Positions 7,151-17,028 of a stretch of DNA of 64,000 bases are shown piece after piece. Under the pieces are notes generated by a model. That model did not search any database. It had not been told where the DNA came from and saw only the letters and a list, made by a program, of their open reading frames with translations. The stretch is taken from positions 12,158-76,157 of the forward strand of contig DASPHC010000082.1 of NCBI GenBank assembly GCA_035629865.1. Reading direction: 5' to 3'. This stretch comes from Thermoanaerobaculia bacterium (GTDB taxonomy: Bacteria; Acidobacteriota; Thermoanaerobaculia; Gp7-AA8). The translations under genes and the position numbers were made by a program. The number at the start of each line of letters is the position of its first letter. The stretch's first letter is position 1.

Positions 7151-8163
7151 TCGAGAACCGCTTCGAGTCGAACGTTCTCACCTCGACCGTCGACAAGTTC
7201 TTCAATTGGGCGCGTAAATCCTCTCTCTGGCCGATGCAGTTCGGCCTGGCCTGCTGTGCCATCGAGATGATGGCCGTGCTCGACCCGCGGCACGACATGG
7301 CCCGCTTCGGCGCCGAGGTCTTCCGCGCCACTCCCCGTCAGGCCGACCTGATGATCGTCTCCGGGACGGTCACCGAGAAGATGGCTCCGATCGTCCGCCG
7401 CCTGTGGGACCAGATGCCCGATCCGAAGTGGGTGATCGCCATGGGCTCGTGCGCCACCTGCGGCGGCCCGTACGACACTTACGCCGTGACCCAGGGAGTC
7501 GACCGGCTGGTTCCGGTCGACGTCTACATCCCCGGCTGCCCCCCACGCCCCGAGGCGCTGATCTGGGGGCTGATGGAGCTCCAGAAGAAGATCGAGAAGA
7601 TGCACATCCTGCGGAAGGGCGGCGAGGCGTACGACTTCGCGCGCGCCGCGGTGCGCGACACCCTCCGGCCGGCCCACGAAGGTCCGGCGCTGCGCGCCGA
7701 ACAGGCCGCCCAGCTCAAGCAGGCGCCGATCTCGGGCGTCAAGCGCGCTCCCTCCGCTCCGGCGGCGGCGAAGCCGAAGGCGGCTCCCGCGGCGGTGGCC
7801 GAGGCTCCGGTCGAAGGCGACGTCTCCCAGGCCGAGCTCGAACAGGCTGCCGCACCCGAAGTGCTCCCGGGAGAAGAGACGGACGGCGCATCTCCTGCCG
7901 CCCCGTTCCATCGCGACGATCTGATGCTCACCGAGCGCATGCAGATGGCGGACGAGATGGGCGGCAAGTGGGAGACCAAGCTCTTCGCGGCGATGGCCCA
8001 GACCGACTGCGGCGCCTGCGGCTGGGACTGCGAAGGCTACGCAGACGCCATCGCCTCCGGCGAGACCGACGACATCTCACTCTGCGTCCCCGGCGAGTCG
8101 GAGACGCTGGACATGCTGGAAGCGTTGATGAAGGAAAAGGGGAGGACGTACTCGGGGGTGTAG
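7141..8163 (+). CDS. nuoB: NADH-quinone oxidoreductase subunit B with long C-terminal extension ending in an RnfB-type Fe-S domain
   Basis: ATG 7141 within ORF 6919..8163, overlapping the nuoA end. Core motifs are [18 protein letters not shown] and IPGCPPRPE. The core is followed by an Ala/Pro-rich linker and the tail [33 protein letters not shown]. Confidence 0.95.
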   Translation: MGLIENRFESNVLTSTVDKFFNWARKSSLWPMQFGLACCAIEMMAVLDPRHDMARFGAEVFRATPRQADLMIVSGTVTEKMAPIVRRLWDQMPDPKWVIAMGSCATCGGPYDTYAVTQGVDRLVPVDVYIPGCPPRPEALIWGLMELQKKIEKMHILRKGGEAYDFARAAVRDTLRPAHEGPALRAEQAAQLKQAPISGVKRAPSAPAAAKPKAAPAAVAEAPVEGDVSQAELEQAAAPEVLPGEETDGASPAAPFHRDDLMLTERMQMADEMGGKWETKLFAAMAQTDCGACGWDCEGYADAIASGETDDISLCVPGESETLDMLEALMKEKGRTYSGV

Positions 8164-8166
8164 AGA

Positions 8167-8372
8167 TTGTTGTCGGTTGTCGGTTGTCCGAAACCTGTTT
8201 GGCCTGGGCGGCAGGCCTGGCGGGAACCGACAGGGTTTCAGGTGCCTGCGTTCTTTTGCCGTTGCTGTTTGCTGATTGTTGATGTGGTCTGGGTTGTCCC
8301 GCGTTGGTTATCCGTAAGTCTTCGCTCGGGCGAGGCCGGTTCGGACAACCGACAACCGGCAACCGACAACCC
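8167..8372. repeat. Long-range inverted repeat (GTTGTCG heptamer arms) enclosing a structured ~140-nt insert
   Basis: 8167-8195 ttgttgtcggttgtcggttgtccgaaacc versus 8338-8372 ggttcggacaaccgacaaccggcaaccgacaacc. Inner hairpins: gaaacctgt...acagggtttc (8190-8239) and ggcctg-ggcgg-caggcc (8201-8217). Confidence 0.8.
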
Positions 8373-8399
8373 CCTCGGCAACCGGGAACCAGCAACAGA

Positions 8400-9266
8400 A
8401 TGTCAGAGTTAACTCCGCCGAGCTCACCTCCACCTGCGGCGGCGCCTGCGGCGCCCGCGGCGCGCAGCGTCGACGAGATCAAACGCGATCCGCTGGTTGC
8501 GGCCGCGGTGTCGCGCGTGAGCGATGCGATCACCGGGGCGAGGGAGATGGTCGGCGAGATCACGCTCTTCGTCGAGCGCGACCGCATCGTCGATGTCTGC
8601 CGCGCCTTCAAGAGCGACGGCTTCGTCTATCTCGTCGACCTGGCCGGCGTCGACTATTCGAAGTTCCCGAACCACACCGGCCCGCGCTTCAGCGTCGCCT
8701 ACATGCTCTACTCGTTCGCCAGGAACGCGCGGGTGCGGCTGCGGGTCTGGACCGGCGACGGCGAGCCGGTGCCGTCCGTGACCTCGGTCTGGAAGACGGC
8801 CAACTGGCACGAGCGCGAGACCTTCGACATGCTCGGCATCACCTTCACCGGCCACCCGAACCTCGAGCGCATCCTGATGTGGGAAGGCTTCAACGGCTTC
8901 CCGCTGCGCAAAGACTTCCCGATCCGCGGTATCGACACCGGTGCGCGCATCTACCCGGAAGTCTTCCCCGAAGGGGGCGGTCCGAAGGCGGGATCGACCG
9001 GCAAGGACGTCAAGGACGTCAATGTCTACAAGGGCGAATGGAAGCGCTACGGCACCTGGCCTGCCGCGCAGATCGGCGGCGGCAATGGTGCGAAAGCGCC
9101 GGCGAAACCGGCCGCTCCTGCAGCGAAGCCGGTAGCCGCGGTCGCTCCGGCAGCTGCGCCGGAACCGGCGCCTGCGCCTGAACCGGAACCGGCGCCTGCA
9201 CCTGAACCGGAACCGGCGCCTGCACCTGAAGTGGAGACGGAGACGGAGGACGATACAGATGCTTGA
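8400..9266 (+). CDS. nuoC: NADH-quinone oxidoreductase subunit C with Pro/Ala/Glu-rich C-terminal tail
   Basis: ATG 8400 within ORF 8304..9266 (upstream codons lie in the repeat). [24 protein letters not shown] signature. The tail [24 protein letters not shown] is encoded by short tandem DNA repeats. Confidence 0.9.
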   Translation: MSELTPPSSPPPAAAPAAPAARSVDEIKRDPLVAAAVSRVSDAITGAREMVGEITLFVERDRIVDVCRAFKSDGFVYLVDLAGVDYSKFPNHTGPRFSVAYMLYSFARNARVRLRVWTGDGEPVPSVTSVWKTANWHERETFDMLGITFTGHPNLERILMWEGFNGFPLRKDFPIRGIDTGARIYPEVFPEGGGPKAGSTGKDVKDVNVYKGEWKRYGTWPAAQIGGGNGAKAPAKPAAPAAKPVAAVAPAAAPEPAPAPEPEPAPAPEPEPAPAPEVETETEDDTDA

Positions 9267-10374
9267 CGTCCATGAGATGGAGGTCAACTTCGGTCCCCAG
9301 CATCCGTCGACGCACGGCGTGCTGCGAGTGCTGCTGAAGATCGACGGCGAGCGGATCCTCGACGCCAAGCCGATCATCGGCTATCTCCACCGCGGCACCG
9401 AGAAGCTCTTCGAGTACATGGCCTATCCGCAGTGCATCCCGCACACGGACCGGATGGACTACGTGGCGGCGGCGACGAACAACCTCGGCTTCGTCGAGAC
9501 GGTCGAGAAGCTGCTCGGCGTCGCCAAACAGATCCCCCGCCGCGCGCAACTGATGCGGGTGATGCTGTCGGAGCTGCAGCGTATCTCCTCGCACCTCCTC
9601 TGGCTCGCCACGCACGCCATCGACATCGGCGCCATGACGCCGTTCTTCTACACCTTCCGGGAGCGCGAGCAGATCCTCGACCTCTTCGAGAACTACTGCG
9701 GCGCGCGCCTGACGCTGAACTGCATGCGCATCGGCGGCATGCCCGAAGATCTGCCGCACGGCTGGCTCGAAGACGTCGACGCCTTCACCGCGAAGTTCCC
9801 GGCCGCGATCGACGAGTACGAGTCGCTGCTGACCAACAACCGCATCTGGAAGCGCCGCACCGTCGGTATCGGCGTGCTCTCGCCCGAAGAGGCGATCGAG
9901 TGGGGCATCACCGGTCCGCCCCTGCGCGGCTCGGGCGTCGAGTGGGACCTCCGCCGCGCGCAACCATACGAGTGCTATCCGGAGCTCGAGTTCGACGTGC
10001 CGGTCGGAAAGAACGGCGACACCTACGACCGCTACCTCGTCCGGATGGAGGAGATGCGCCAGTCCACCCGCATCCTCCGCCAGTGCATCCCCCTGGTCCG
10101 CCAGACTCCCGCCGGCGACATCAAGGCGAAGATGTCCAAAGTCATCCGCCCGCCGGAAGGGGAGGCCTACCACTCCATCGAATCGCCGAAGGGGGAGATC
10201 GGCTACTACATCGTCTCCGACGGCAAGACCCAGAACGCCTACCGCTGTCACGTCCGCCCGCCGTCGTTCGTGAATCTGCAGGCTTTGCCCGCAATGGCGA
10301 AGGGACATCTGGTGAGCGATCTGGTCGCGTTGATCGGGACGATCGACATCGTGTTGGGAGAGGTGGATCGATGA
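9259..10374 (+). CDS. nuoD: NADH-quinone oxidoreductase subunit D
   Basis: 371 aa. [24 protein letters not shown], and the end [10 protein letters not shown]. 8-nt overlap with nuoC. Confidence 0.97.
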   Translation: MLDVHEMEVNFGPQHPSTHGVLRVLLKIDGERILDAKPIIGYLHRGTEKLFEYMAYPQCIPHTDRMDYVAAATNNLGFVETVEKLLGVAKQIPRRAQLMRVMLSELQRISSHLLWLATHAIDIGAMTPFFYTFREREQILDLFENYCGARLTLNCMRIGGMPEDLPHGWLEDVDAFTAKFPAAIDEYESLLTNNRIWKRRTVGIGVLSPEEAIEWGITGPPLRGSGVEWDLRRAQPYECYPELEFDVPVGKNGDTYDRYLVRMEEMRQSTRILRQCIPLVRQTPAGDIKAKMSKVIRPPEGEAYHSIESPKGEIGYYIVSDGKTQNAYRCHVRPPSFVNLQALPAMAKGHLVSDLVALIGTIDIVLGEVDR

Positions 10375-10378
10375 TGAG

Positions 10379-10460
10379 GAAATGCAAAATGCAAAATGCA
10401 AAATGCGAAATTGAAAACCGTTTTTTCATTTTGCATTCTGCATTTTGCATTTTGCATTTC
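10379..10460. repeat. AT-rich hairpin with arms of tandem heptamer AATGCAA
   Basis: 10379-10417 gaaatgcaaaatgcaaaatgcaaaatgcgaaattgaaaa versus 10423-10460 ttttcattttgcattctgcattttgcattttgcatttc. Confidence 0.9.
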
Positions 10461-10489
10461 GATGCTGCGGCGGTGTCGGAGGGACGCGC

Positions 10490-11626
10490 GTGAATCAAGC
10501 CCTGCTGACCTACCTCATCTGGCCGGTCGTGAAGTTCTCGATCGCCTTCATCATCGTCCAGGCGATCGTCGCGGCGATGAACTGGGTCGAGCGCAGGCTG
10601 CTCGGGCTCTTCCAGGCCCGCCTCGGTCCGAATCGCGTCGGACCCGCGGGGCTGCTGCAGATCATTGCCGACCCGATCAAGTTCCTGCTCAAGGAAGACA
10701 TCGTGCCGTCGAGCGCGGAGAAGGTGGGCCACTTTCTCGGGCCGGTGCTGCCGCTCGTCCCGGCGTTCGTCGTCTTCACGCTCATCCCGTACGGACCGCC
10801 GCCGACGTTCACCGTCACGCGCGTCAACGTCGGGTTGCTGCTGATCCTGGCCATGACCTCCACGGCGGTCTACGGGATCATCCTCGGCGGCTGGGCGTCG
10901 AACAACAAGTACTCGCTCATGGGCGGCCTTCGCTCGGCGGCGCAGATGGTGTCGTACGAGGTGCCGTTCGGCCTCTCGATCGTCGGCGTGCTGATGCTCA
11001 CCGGCTCGCTCGACCTCGTCACCATCGTCCGCTACCAGGAAGCGAACGCCTGGAACCTCTTCCCGCAGATCGTGGCCTGCTTCATCTTCCTGGTGTCGAT
11101 GAATGCGGAGAACAACCGCACCCCGTTCGACCTCCCGGAAGCGGAATCGGAGCTGGTGGCCGGCTATCACACCGAGTATTCGGCGATGAAGTTCGCTTTC
11201 TTCATGCTGGCCGAGTACTCGATGATGATCGTGAACTGCTGCCTGATCGTCACCCTCTTCTTCGGCGGCTGGGGCCTCGGCATGTTCGGCATCGGACTGA
11301 CCACCGAGGTGCTGGGGAAGATGGGCATCTGGGGCGGGCTGCTCGGCGCGGCCATCTTCTTCACCAAGGTCATGCTGTTCCTGCTCGGCTACGTCTGGCT
11401 GCGGGCGACCTTCCCCCGTTTCCGTTTCGACCAGCTCATGGACCTCGGCTGGAAGTTCCTGATCCCCCTCTCGCTGGCGAACATCTTCATCACCGGCATC
11501 TTCATTCTCATCGGACAGGAGCGGCTCATGAGCTGGGTCGGCGTGGTCCTGATCGGTCTCACCGCGTACTACCTGTTCCGCCCGAAGCGCGCTGCACGCT
11601 CACAAAAGGTGGCTCATGCAAGTTGA
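10490..11626 (+). CDS. nuoH: NADH-quinone oxidoreductase subunit H
   Basis: GTG 10490 (GGAGGGA 6 nt upstream) within ORF 10445..11626. GLLQIIADPIKF and NRTPFDLPEAESELVAGYHTEYS signatures. Confidence 0.95.
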   Translation: MNQALLTYLIWPVVKFSIAFIIVQAIVAAMNWVERRLLGLFQARLGPNRVGPAGLLQIIADPIKFLLKEDIVPSSAEKVGHFLGPVLPLVPAFVVFTLIPYGPPPTFTVTRVNVGLLLILAMTSTAVYGIILGGWASNNKYSLMGGLRSAAQMVSYEVPFGLSIVGVLMLTGSLDLVTIVRYQEANAWNLFPQIVACFIFLVSMNAENNRTPFDLPEAESELVAGYHTEYSAMKFAFFMLAEYSMMIVNCCLIVTLFFGGWGLGMFGIGLTTEVLGKMGIWGGLLGAAIFFTKVMLFLLGYVWLRATFPRFRFDQLMDLGWKFLIPLSLANIFITGIFILIGQERLMSWVGVVLIGLTAYYLFRPKRAARSQKVAHAS

Positions 11627-12149
11627 GTATCCGAAGGAGAGGTGGTCGGACAAGTTCCTCCTCCTCGACATGCTCGAGGGGCTGAAGACGACGTTCCGGG
11701 AGCTGTTCAAGCCGAAGGTGACGATCCGCTACCCCGAGGAGCGGATGGAGCCGGCGGACCGGTTCCGAGGGATGTTCAAGTTCTCCTACGACCGCTGCAT
11801 CGCCTGCAAGCTCTGCGCGGTGGCCTGCCCGATCGACATCATCTACATCGACGTCCACGACGAGACCATCGAAGAGGGCGGCAAGAAGAAGAAGATCAAG
11901 ATCCTCGACCGCTACGACATCGACGTCAAACGCTGCATGTTCTGCGCGCTCTGCGAAGAAGCCTGCCCCACCAAGCCGAAGTCGATCTGGCTCACCACCA
12001 AGACCTACGAGCTGGCCAGCTACGACCGCAACGACCTGTACTTCAACATGCAGCAGCTCGAGTACTGGGACGACCGTCCGAAGTACACGGGATTGCCGGA
12101 AGAGGAGGAGAAGCCGCGGCTCGACGAGACGCGCCTTCTCAACTCATAA
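11616..12149 (+). CDS. nuoI: NADH-quinone oxidoreductase subunit I (2x[4Fe-4S])
   Basis: CIACKLCAVACP and CMFCALCEEACP motifs. 11-nt overlap with nuoH. Confidence 0.95.
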   Translation: MQVEYPKERWSDKFLLLDMLEGLKTTFRELFKPKVTIRYPEERMEPADRFRGMFKFSYDRCIACKLCAVACPIDIIYIDVHDETIEEGGKKKKIKILDRYDIDVKRCMFCALCEEACPTKPKSIWLTTKTYELASYDRNDLYFNMQQLEYWDDRPKYTGLPEEEEKPRLDETRLLNS

Positions 12150-12152
12150 GTC

Positions 12153-12821
12153 ATGGAATCGCTCTCCGAAAGCATTCCCCTGCTCGTCTTCATGCTCATC
12201 GGCACGGTGGCCGTGGCCTCGTCGATTCTCGTCGTGGCGATGCGCAACCCGGTGCACTCGGCGCTCTTCCTCCTGCTCACGTTTCTCTGCGTGGCGGTGC
12301 TGTTCGTCATCAAGGCGGCCGAGTTCGTGGCCGCGGTGCAGGTGCTCGTCTACGCGGGCGGCATCATGGTGCTGTTCCTCTTCGTGGTCATGCTGATCAA
12401 CCACCGCGAGCTGCCGGAGGACAAGGTCCTCTCGCCGGTCTGGCTCGGTGGGATCGGCATCGGCCTCGCGGTGCTCGTCCTCTTCGCCACGATCGTCCGC
12501 AGCGGCGCGTACCACGACCAGGTGCCGGACGCCGCGCGCAAGCTGTCGACGGTGAGGGAGGTGGTCGACCATCCGACCGACCCGAACAAGCTCGTGCGCC
12601 GCTCGAAAGAGAACCGCAATTCCGAGGCGGTGGCGATGGCGCTCTACACGGACTACCTCGTCCCGTTCGAAGTGGCCTCGCTGTTCCTGCTCGTGGCGAT
12701 GATCGGCGCGATCGTGATCGGCAAGCGCGAGCTCTCAGCCGAAGAAGAAGAGACCACGCCGCAGTTCATCCTCGACCGCGCGGAGACGGAGAAGGAAGTG
12801 AAGGAGGCGATGAGTGCTTGA
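12153..12821 (+). CDS. nuoJ: NADH-quinone oxidoreductase subunit J
   Basis: 222 aa, hydrophobic ND6-like N-terminal part (FVAAVQVLVYAGGIMVLFLFVVML), position between nuoI and nuoK. Confidence 0.9.
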   Translation: MESLSESIPLLVFMLIGTVAVASSILVVAMRNPVHSALFLLLTFLCVAVLFVIKAAEFVAAVQVLVYAGGIMVLFLFVVMLINHRELPEDKVLSPVWLGGIGIGLAVLVLFATIVRSGAYHDQVPDAARKLSTVREVVDHPTDPNKLVRRSKENRNSEAVAMALYTDYLVPFEVASLFLLVAMIGAIVIGKRELSAEEEETTPQFILDRAETEKEVKEAMSA

Positions 12822-12824
12822 GTT

Positions 12825-12923
12825 GAAGGGCCGAGGGCCGAGGGCCAAGGGCCGAGGGGAAGGCCCGGTCGCGCCCACATCTGCTGCTTCTCCCTCGGCC
12901 CTCGGCCCTCGGCCCTCGGCCCT
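12825..12923. repeat. Hairpin with arms of tandem heptamer GGGCCGA
   Basis: 12825-12860 gaagggccgagggccgagggccaagggccgagggga versus 12891-12923 tccctcggccctcggccctcggccctcggccct, with a ~30-nt loop. Confidence 0.9.
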
Positions 12924-12940
12924 GCGCCCCGGAGGTGCGA

Positions 12941-13243
12941 ATGCCCAGCACTGAAGCCTACCTCATGCTCTCCGGCACCCTCTTCGCCGTCGGGCTGATC
13001 GGCGTGATCGTCCGGCGGAACATGATCACCGTGCTGATGTCGATCGAGCTGATGCTCAACGCCGTCAACATCAACCTGGTCGCCTTCTCCCACCGCCTGG
13101 CCAACCTGGAAGGGCAGGTCTTCACGATCTTCGTCATCTGCATCGCCGCCGGCGAGGCCGCGGTCGGGCTGGCGATCATCATCCAGTTGTACCGGCTGCG
13201 CAGCACCGTGAATGTCGACGAGGTGAGGACGCTGAATGGATAA
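12941..13243 (+). CDS. nuoK: NADH-quinone oxidoreductase subunit K
   Basis: ATG 12941, 5 nt after GGAGG (12931-12935). The track ORF starts at GTG 12935. ND4L-like: [19 protein letters not shown]. Confidence 0.9.
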   Translation: MPSTEAYLMLSGTLFAVGLIGVIVRRNMITVLMSIELMLNAVNINLVAFSHRLANLEGQVFTIFVICIAAGEAAVGLAIIIQLYRLRSTVNVDEVRTLNG

Positions 13244-15395
13244 GGCATTACTGGCAGTCGTCCTGCTGCCCGCGCTCGGTGCGCTGATCAACGGCGCGCG
13301 CGCGTTCAGCGATCCGCACCAGCCGAAGAACAAGAGCGTGACGAACATCGTCGCGCTGGGGGCGACGTTCCTTTCGGCGATCGTGGCCACGTTCTTCGTG
13401 GTCCTCCCGTACCACGGGCCGGGACCGGTGCAGTTCTCCTATTACGAATGGATCCCGTCGGGGATCGGGGCGGTTGGTAACCAGATCGCGAATTTCTCGA
13501 TCGACCTGGCGTTCCGCGTCGACCCGCTCTCCTGCACCATGCTGATGATCGTCACCTGGATCGGCTTCCTGATCCACGTCTACGCCACCGGCTACATGGC
13601 GCACGAGAAGGGCTACACGCGCTTCTTCACCTACCTCAACCTCTTCATGTTCATGATGCTGTTGCTCGTGCTCGGCGCGAACTACATGGTCATGTTCGTC
13701 GGGTGGGAAGGGGTGGGGCTCTGCTCCTACCTGCTGATCGGCTTCTATTACGACAAGAACTTCGCCGCCGACGCAGGGAAGAAGGCGTTCATCACCAATC
13801 GCATCGGCGACTTCGGCTTCATCCTCGGCATCTTCCTGATCTTCAACACCTTCGGCACCTCGGACTACGGCAAGGTTTTCGCGCTCGCCGCGCAGGGCGG
13901 GATCGCGGAGTACGGCGGGGTCGCCACGGCCATCTGCCTCCTGCTGTTCGTCGGTGCCTGCGGCAAGTCGGCGCAGGTGCCGCTGTACGTCTGGCTGCCG
14001 GACGCGATGGCCGGCCCGACGCCGGTCTCGGCGCTCATCCACGCGGCCACCATGGTCACCGCGGGCGTCTACATGGTCGTCCGCTCGAACGTGCTGTTTC
14101 GGATGGCGCCCGACGCGGCGCTGGTGGTCGCCATCATCGGCGCGGTCACGGCCATCTTCGCCGCCTCGATCGCCCTGGTGCAGAACGACATCAAGAAAGT
14201 CCTGGCCTACTCGACCGTCTCGCAGCTCGGCTACATGTTCCTGGCCGCCGGCGTCGGCGCGTACACCGCGGCGATCTTCCACGTCATGACCCACGCCTTC
14301 TTCAAGGCCTGCCTCTTCCTCGGCGCCGGCTCGGTCATTCACGGCTGCGGCGGCGAGCAGGACATGCGCAAGATGGGCGGCCTCAAGAAGTACATGCCGC
14401 GGACGCACCTGACGATGTTCATCGCCACGGTGGCCATCGCCGGCATCCCGCCGCTGGCCGGCTTCTTCTCGAAGGACGAGATCCTGGCTAACGCCTTCTC
14501 GCACCACAAGCCGCTCTGGATCCTCGGCATCATCACCGCGGGCATGACCTCGTTCTACATGTTCCGCCTCTACTTCATGACCTTCCACGGCAGCTACCGC
14601 GGGGCGCATGCCGTAGGGATCGAGGAGTCGGAGCCGGCGCACGGCGGTCACAACCTGATTCCGGCCCAGCCGCACCTCGACCAGGGCGACGCGCACAGCG
14701 ACAAGGCCCACGGCCATCACGCCCACAGCCACGATCCGCACGAGTCGCCGCTCAGCATGACCGGCGTGCTCGGCATCCTCGCGTTCCTCTCGTTCGTCGG
14801 CGGGTTCATCGGATTGCCGGCGGCTCTCGGCGGCCTGCATCCGACCTGGTTCCAGCAGTGGCTCTCCCCGGTGCTGCTGCCGATCGCCGGCGACCGCTAC
14901 GAGTTCCACCACGCCTCGCACGCGCTCGAGTACACGCTGATGGCGGTCTCGATCGGCGTCGCGGCGCTGGGCTGGTTCTTCGCGCGCCGCTTCTACGGTC
15001 TCGACCCGTCGTGGGCGACGCCGAAGCGGATTGCCAACAACTTCGCGCCGATCCACCGCCTGCTCGAGAACAAGTACTGGGTGGACGAGCTCTATAACAA
15101 GACCGTCATCGCCGGCACGCTGCTGCTCTGCCGGATTCTCTGGTGGGTCGACATGTGGATCGTGGACGGCGTGGTCAACGGCGTCCGCCACCTCACCGTC
15201 TTCGCCTTCGGCCACGGCTCGAACCTGTTCGACAAATACGTCGTCGACGGTGCGGTCAACGGCGTGGCGTACGGTGCCCGAGGGGGCTCGATGATGTTCC
15301 GCAGGGTCCAGAGCGGCCTGGTCCAGAACTACGCACTGATCATGGGCGGCGGGGTCGTCCTGATCGCGATGGTGTACCTGTTCATGAAGCCGTAA
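13236..15395 (+). CDS. nuoL: NADH-quinone oxidoreductase subunit L
   Basis: 719 aa. [14 protein letters not shown] and [35 protein letters not shown]. Overlaps the nuoK end. Confidence 0.95.
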   Translation: MDKALLAVVLLPALGALINGARAFSDPHQPKNKSVTNIVALGATFLSAIVATFFVVLPYHGPGPVQFSYYEWIPSGIGAVGNQIANFSIDLAFRVDPLSCTMLMIVTWIGFLIHVYATGYMAHEKGYTRFFTYLNLFMFMMLLLVLGANYMVMFVGWEGVGLCSYLLIGFYYDKNFAADAGKKAFITNRIGDFGFILGIFLIFNTFGTSDYGKVFALAAQGGIAEYGGVATAICLLLFVGACGKSAQVPLYVWLPDAMAGPTPVSALIHAATMVTAGVYMVVRSNVLFRMAPDAALVVAIIGAVTAIFAASIALVQNDIKKVLAYSTVSQLGYMFLAAGVGAYTAAIFHVMTHAFFKACLFLGAGSVIHGCGGEQDMRKMGGLKKYMPRTHLTMFIATVAIAGIPPLAGFFSKDEILANAFSHHKPLWILGIITAGMTSFYMFRLYFMTFHGSYRGAHAVGIEESEPAHGGHNLIPAQPHLDQGDAHSDKAHGHHAHSHDPHESPLSMTGVLGILAFLSFVGGFIGLPAALGGLHPTWFQQWLSPVLLPIAGDRYEFHHASHALEYTLMAVSIGVAALGWFFARRFYGLDPSWATPKRIANNFAPIHRLLENKYWVDELYNKTVIAGTLLLCRILWWVDMWIVDGVVNGVRHLTVFAFGHGSNLFDKYVVDGAVNGVAYGARGGSMMFRRVQSGLVQNYALIMGGGVVLIAMVYLFMKP

Positions 15396-15414
15396 TCAGG
15401 GAGAAGAGAGTCGA

Positions 15415-17028
15415 ATGGGCATTCTCAACATCATCACGTACATCCCGCTGGCCGGAGCGCTGGTCCTCCTGGTTGCCGTGAACAGGAACAATCCGCGCCT
15501 GGCCCGGGTCATCGCCACCGTCACGGTGGTGATCGACTTCCTGGCCTCCCTCTGGCTGTGGCCGAACTTCGACCGCGCCGCCACGGGCGCGAAGATGTGG
15601 CAGTTCCGCGAGACCTACGACTGGATCCCCTCGCTCGGCGTCCAGTACGACTTCGGCATCGACGGCATCTCCCTGCTGCTGATCCTGATGACCACGTTCT
15701 TCGGCATCATTGCCGTGGTCTCCTCCTACAGCGCCATCAACTTCCGCGAGAAGGAGTACTACACCCTCCTGCTCCTGCTGCAGACCGGCATGATCGGCAC
15801 GTTCTGCGCCCTCGACTTCTTCCTCTTCTACGTCTTCTGGGAAATCATGCTCGTGCCGATGTACTTCATCATCGGCATCTGGGGCGGCGCGCGGAAGCTC
15901 TACGCGGCCATCAAGTTCTTCATCTACACCCTGGCCGGTTCGGTGCTGATGCTGCTCTCGATCCTGGCCCTGTACTTCTTCAACGACGGCGGCATCCCGT
16001 TCCTCAACATCGCCGGACTCAATAATCCCGGCACCTTCAGCGTCCTGAAGTTCCACGAGATCGGACACCTGATCCCGCCGACGCTGCAGTTCTGGATCTT
16101 CGCCGGCTTCTTCTTCGGCTTCGCCATCAAAGTCCCGATGTTCCCGTTCCACACCTGGCTGCCCGACGCGCACGTCGAGGCGCCGACCGCGGGCTCGATC
16201 ATCCTCGCCGCGGTCCTGCTGAAGATGGGCACCTACGGCTTCGTGCGCTTCGCCCTGCCGATCCTGCCGGACGGCACGAAGCAGTGGCTGATCCCGATCG
16301 TGGTGCTGTCTCTCATCGGCATCATCTATGGCGCGCTCGTGTCGCTGGTGCAGAAGGACATGAAGAAGCTGGTGGCCTACTCCTCGGTCTCCCACCTCGG
16401 CTTCGTCATGCTGGGCATGTTCGCCCTCAACCCGATGGGCCTGCGCGGCTCGATCCTGCAGATGATCAACCACGGCATCTCCACCGGCGCCCTCTTCCTT
16501 CTGGTCGGCGTGATCTACGAGCGGCGGCACACGAGGATGATCGCGGATTACGGCGGGCTGGCGAAGCAGATGCCGATGTACGCCACGCTGTTTCTCATCG
16601 CCGCGCTCTCGTCGATGGGACTGCCGGCGCTGAATGGCTTCATCGGCGAGTTCACGATCCTCCTCGGCGTGGCCAACTCCGAGGCGTACGGCACGATCCT
16701 CTACGCCGTGATCGCCTCGGTGGGCATCGTCCTCGGCGCCGCCTACCTGCTGTGGCTCTACCAGCGCGTCTTCTGGGGGCCGCTCGACAACCCCGCCAAC
16801 GCGACGGTCGAGGACGTGAACTGGCGCGAGCGCGGCCTGCTCTTCGCGCTCGTCGCGGCCATGATCTGGATCGGCGTCTATCCGAAGCCGCTCTTCGAGA
16901 TCATGGAAAAGCCGGTCGACTACATCGTCCAGAAAGTCGATCCCGAGTACTTCGCCCGCAACCCCGTCACCTATCCGGCCGAGCCGGTCGCCGCCCCCGC
17001 GGACCATCATGAGGTAGCTGCGAAATGA
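15415..17028 (+). CDS. nuoM: NADH-quinone oxidoreductase subunit M
   Basis: 537 aa. FYVFWEIMLVPMYFIIGIWGG and KVPMFPFHTWLPDAHVEAPTAGS. Confidence 0.95.
   Translation: MGILNIITYIPLAGALVLLVAVNRNNPRLARVIATVTVVIDFLASLWLWPNFDRAATGAKMWQFRETYDWIPSLGVQYDFGIDGISLLLILMTTFFGIIAVVSSYSAINFREKEYYTLLLLLQTGMIGTFCALDFFLFYVFWEIMLVPMYFIIGIWGGARKLYAAIKFFIYTLAGSVLMLLSILALYFFNDGGIPFLNIAGLNNPGTFSVLKFHEIGHLIPPTLQFWIFAGFFFGFAIKVPMFPFHTWLPDAHVEAPTAGSIILAAVLLKMGTYGFVRFALPILPDGTKQWLIPIVVLSLIGIIYGALVSLVQKDMKKLVAYSSVSHLGFVMLGMFALNPMGLRGSILQMINHGISTGALFLLVGVIYERRHTRMIADYGGLAKQMPMYATLFLIAALSSMGLPALNGFIGEFTILLGVANSEAYGTILYAVIASVGIVLGAAYLLWLYQRVFWGPLDNPANATVEDVNWRERGLLFALVAAMIWIGVYPKPLFEIMEKPVDYIVQKVDPEYFARNPVTYPAEPVAAPADHHEVAAK

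Noticed and set aside
9100-9266. Pro/Ala/Glu repeat ([16 protein letters not shown]) as a separate gene or a collagen/extensin-like protein
   Set aside because: It is in frame with nuoC and contiguous with it, and it overlaps the nuoD start. It is best read as a low-complexity tail generated by short tandem DNA repeats.
9019-11685. ORFs 9019..10401 -, 9432..10493 +, 10142..11170 -, 10396..11685 +
   Set aside because: They are shadows of nuoD and nuoH. Several start or end in the AATGCAA hairpin (the MQNAKC / FCILHF peptides).
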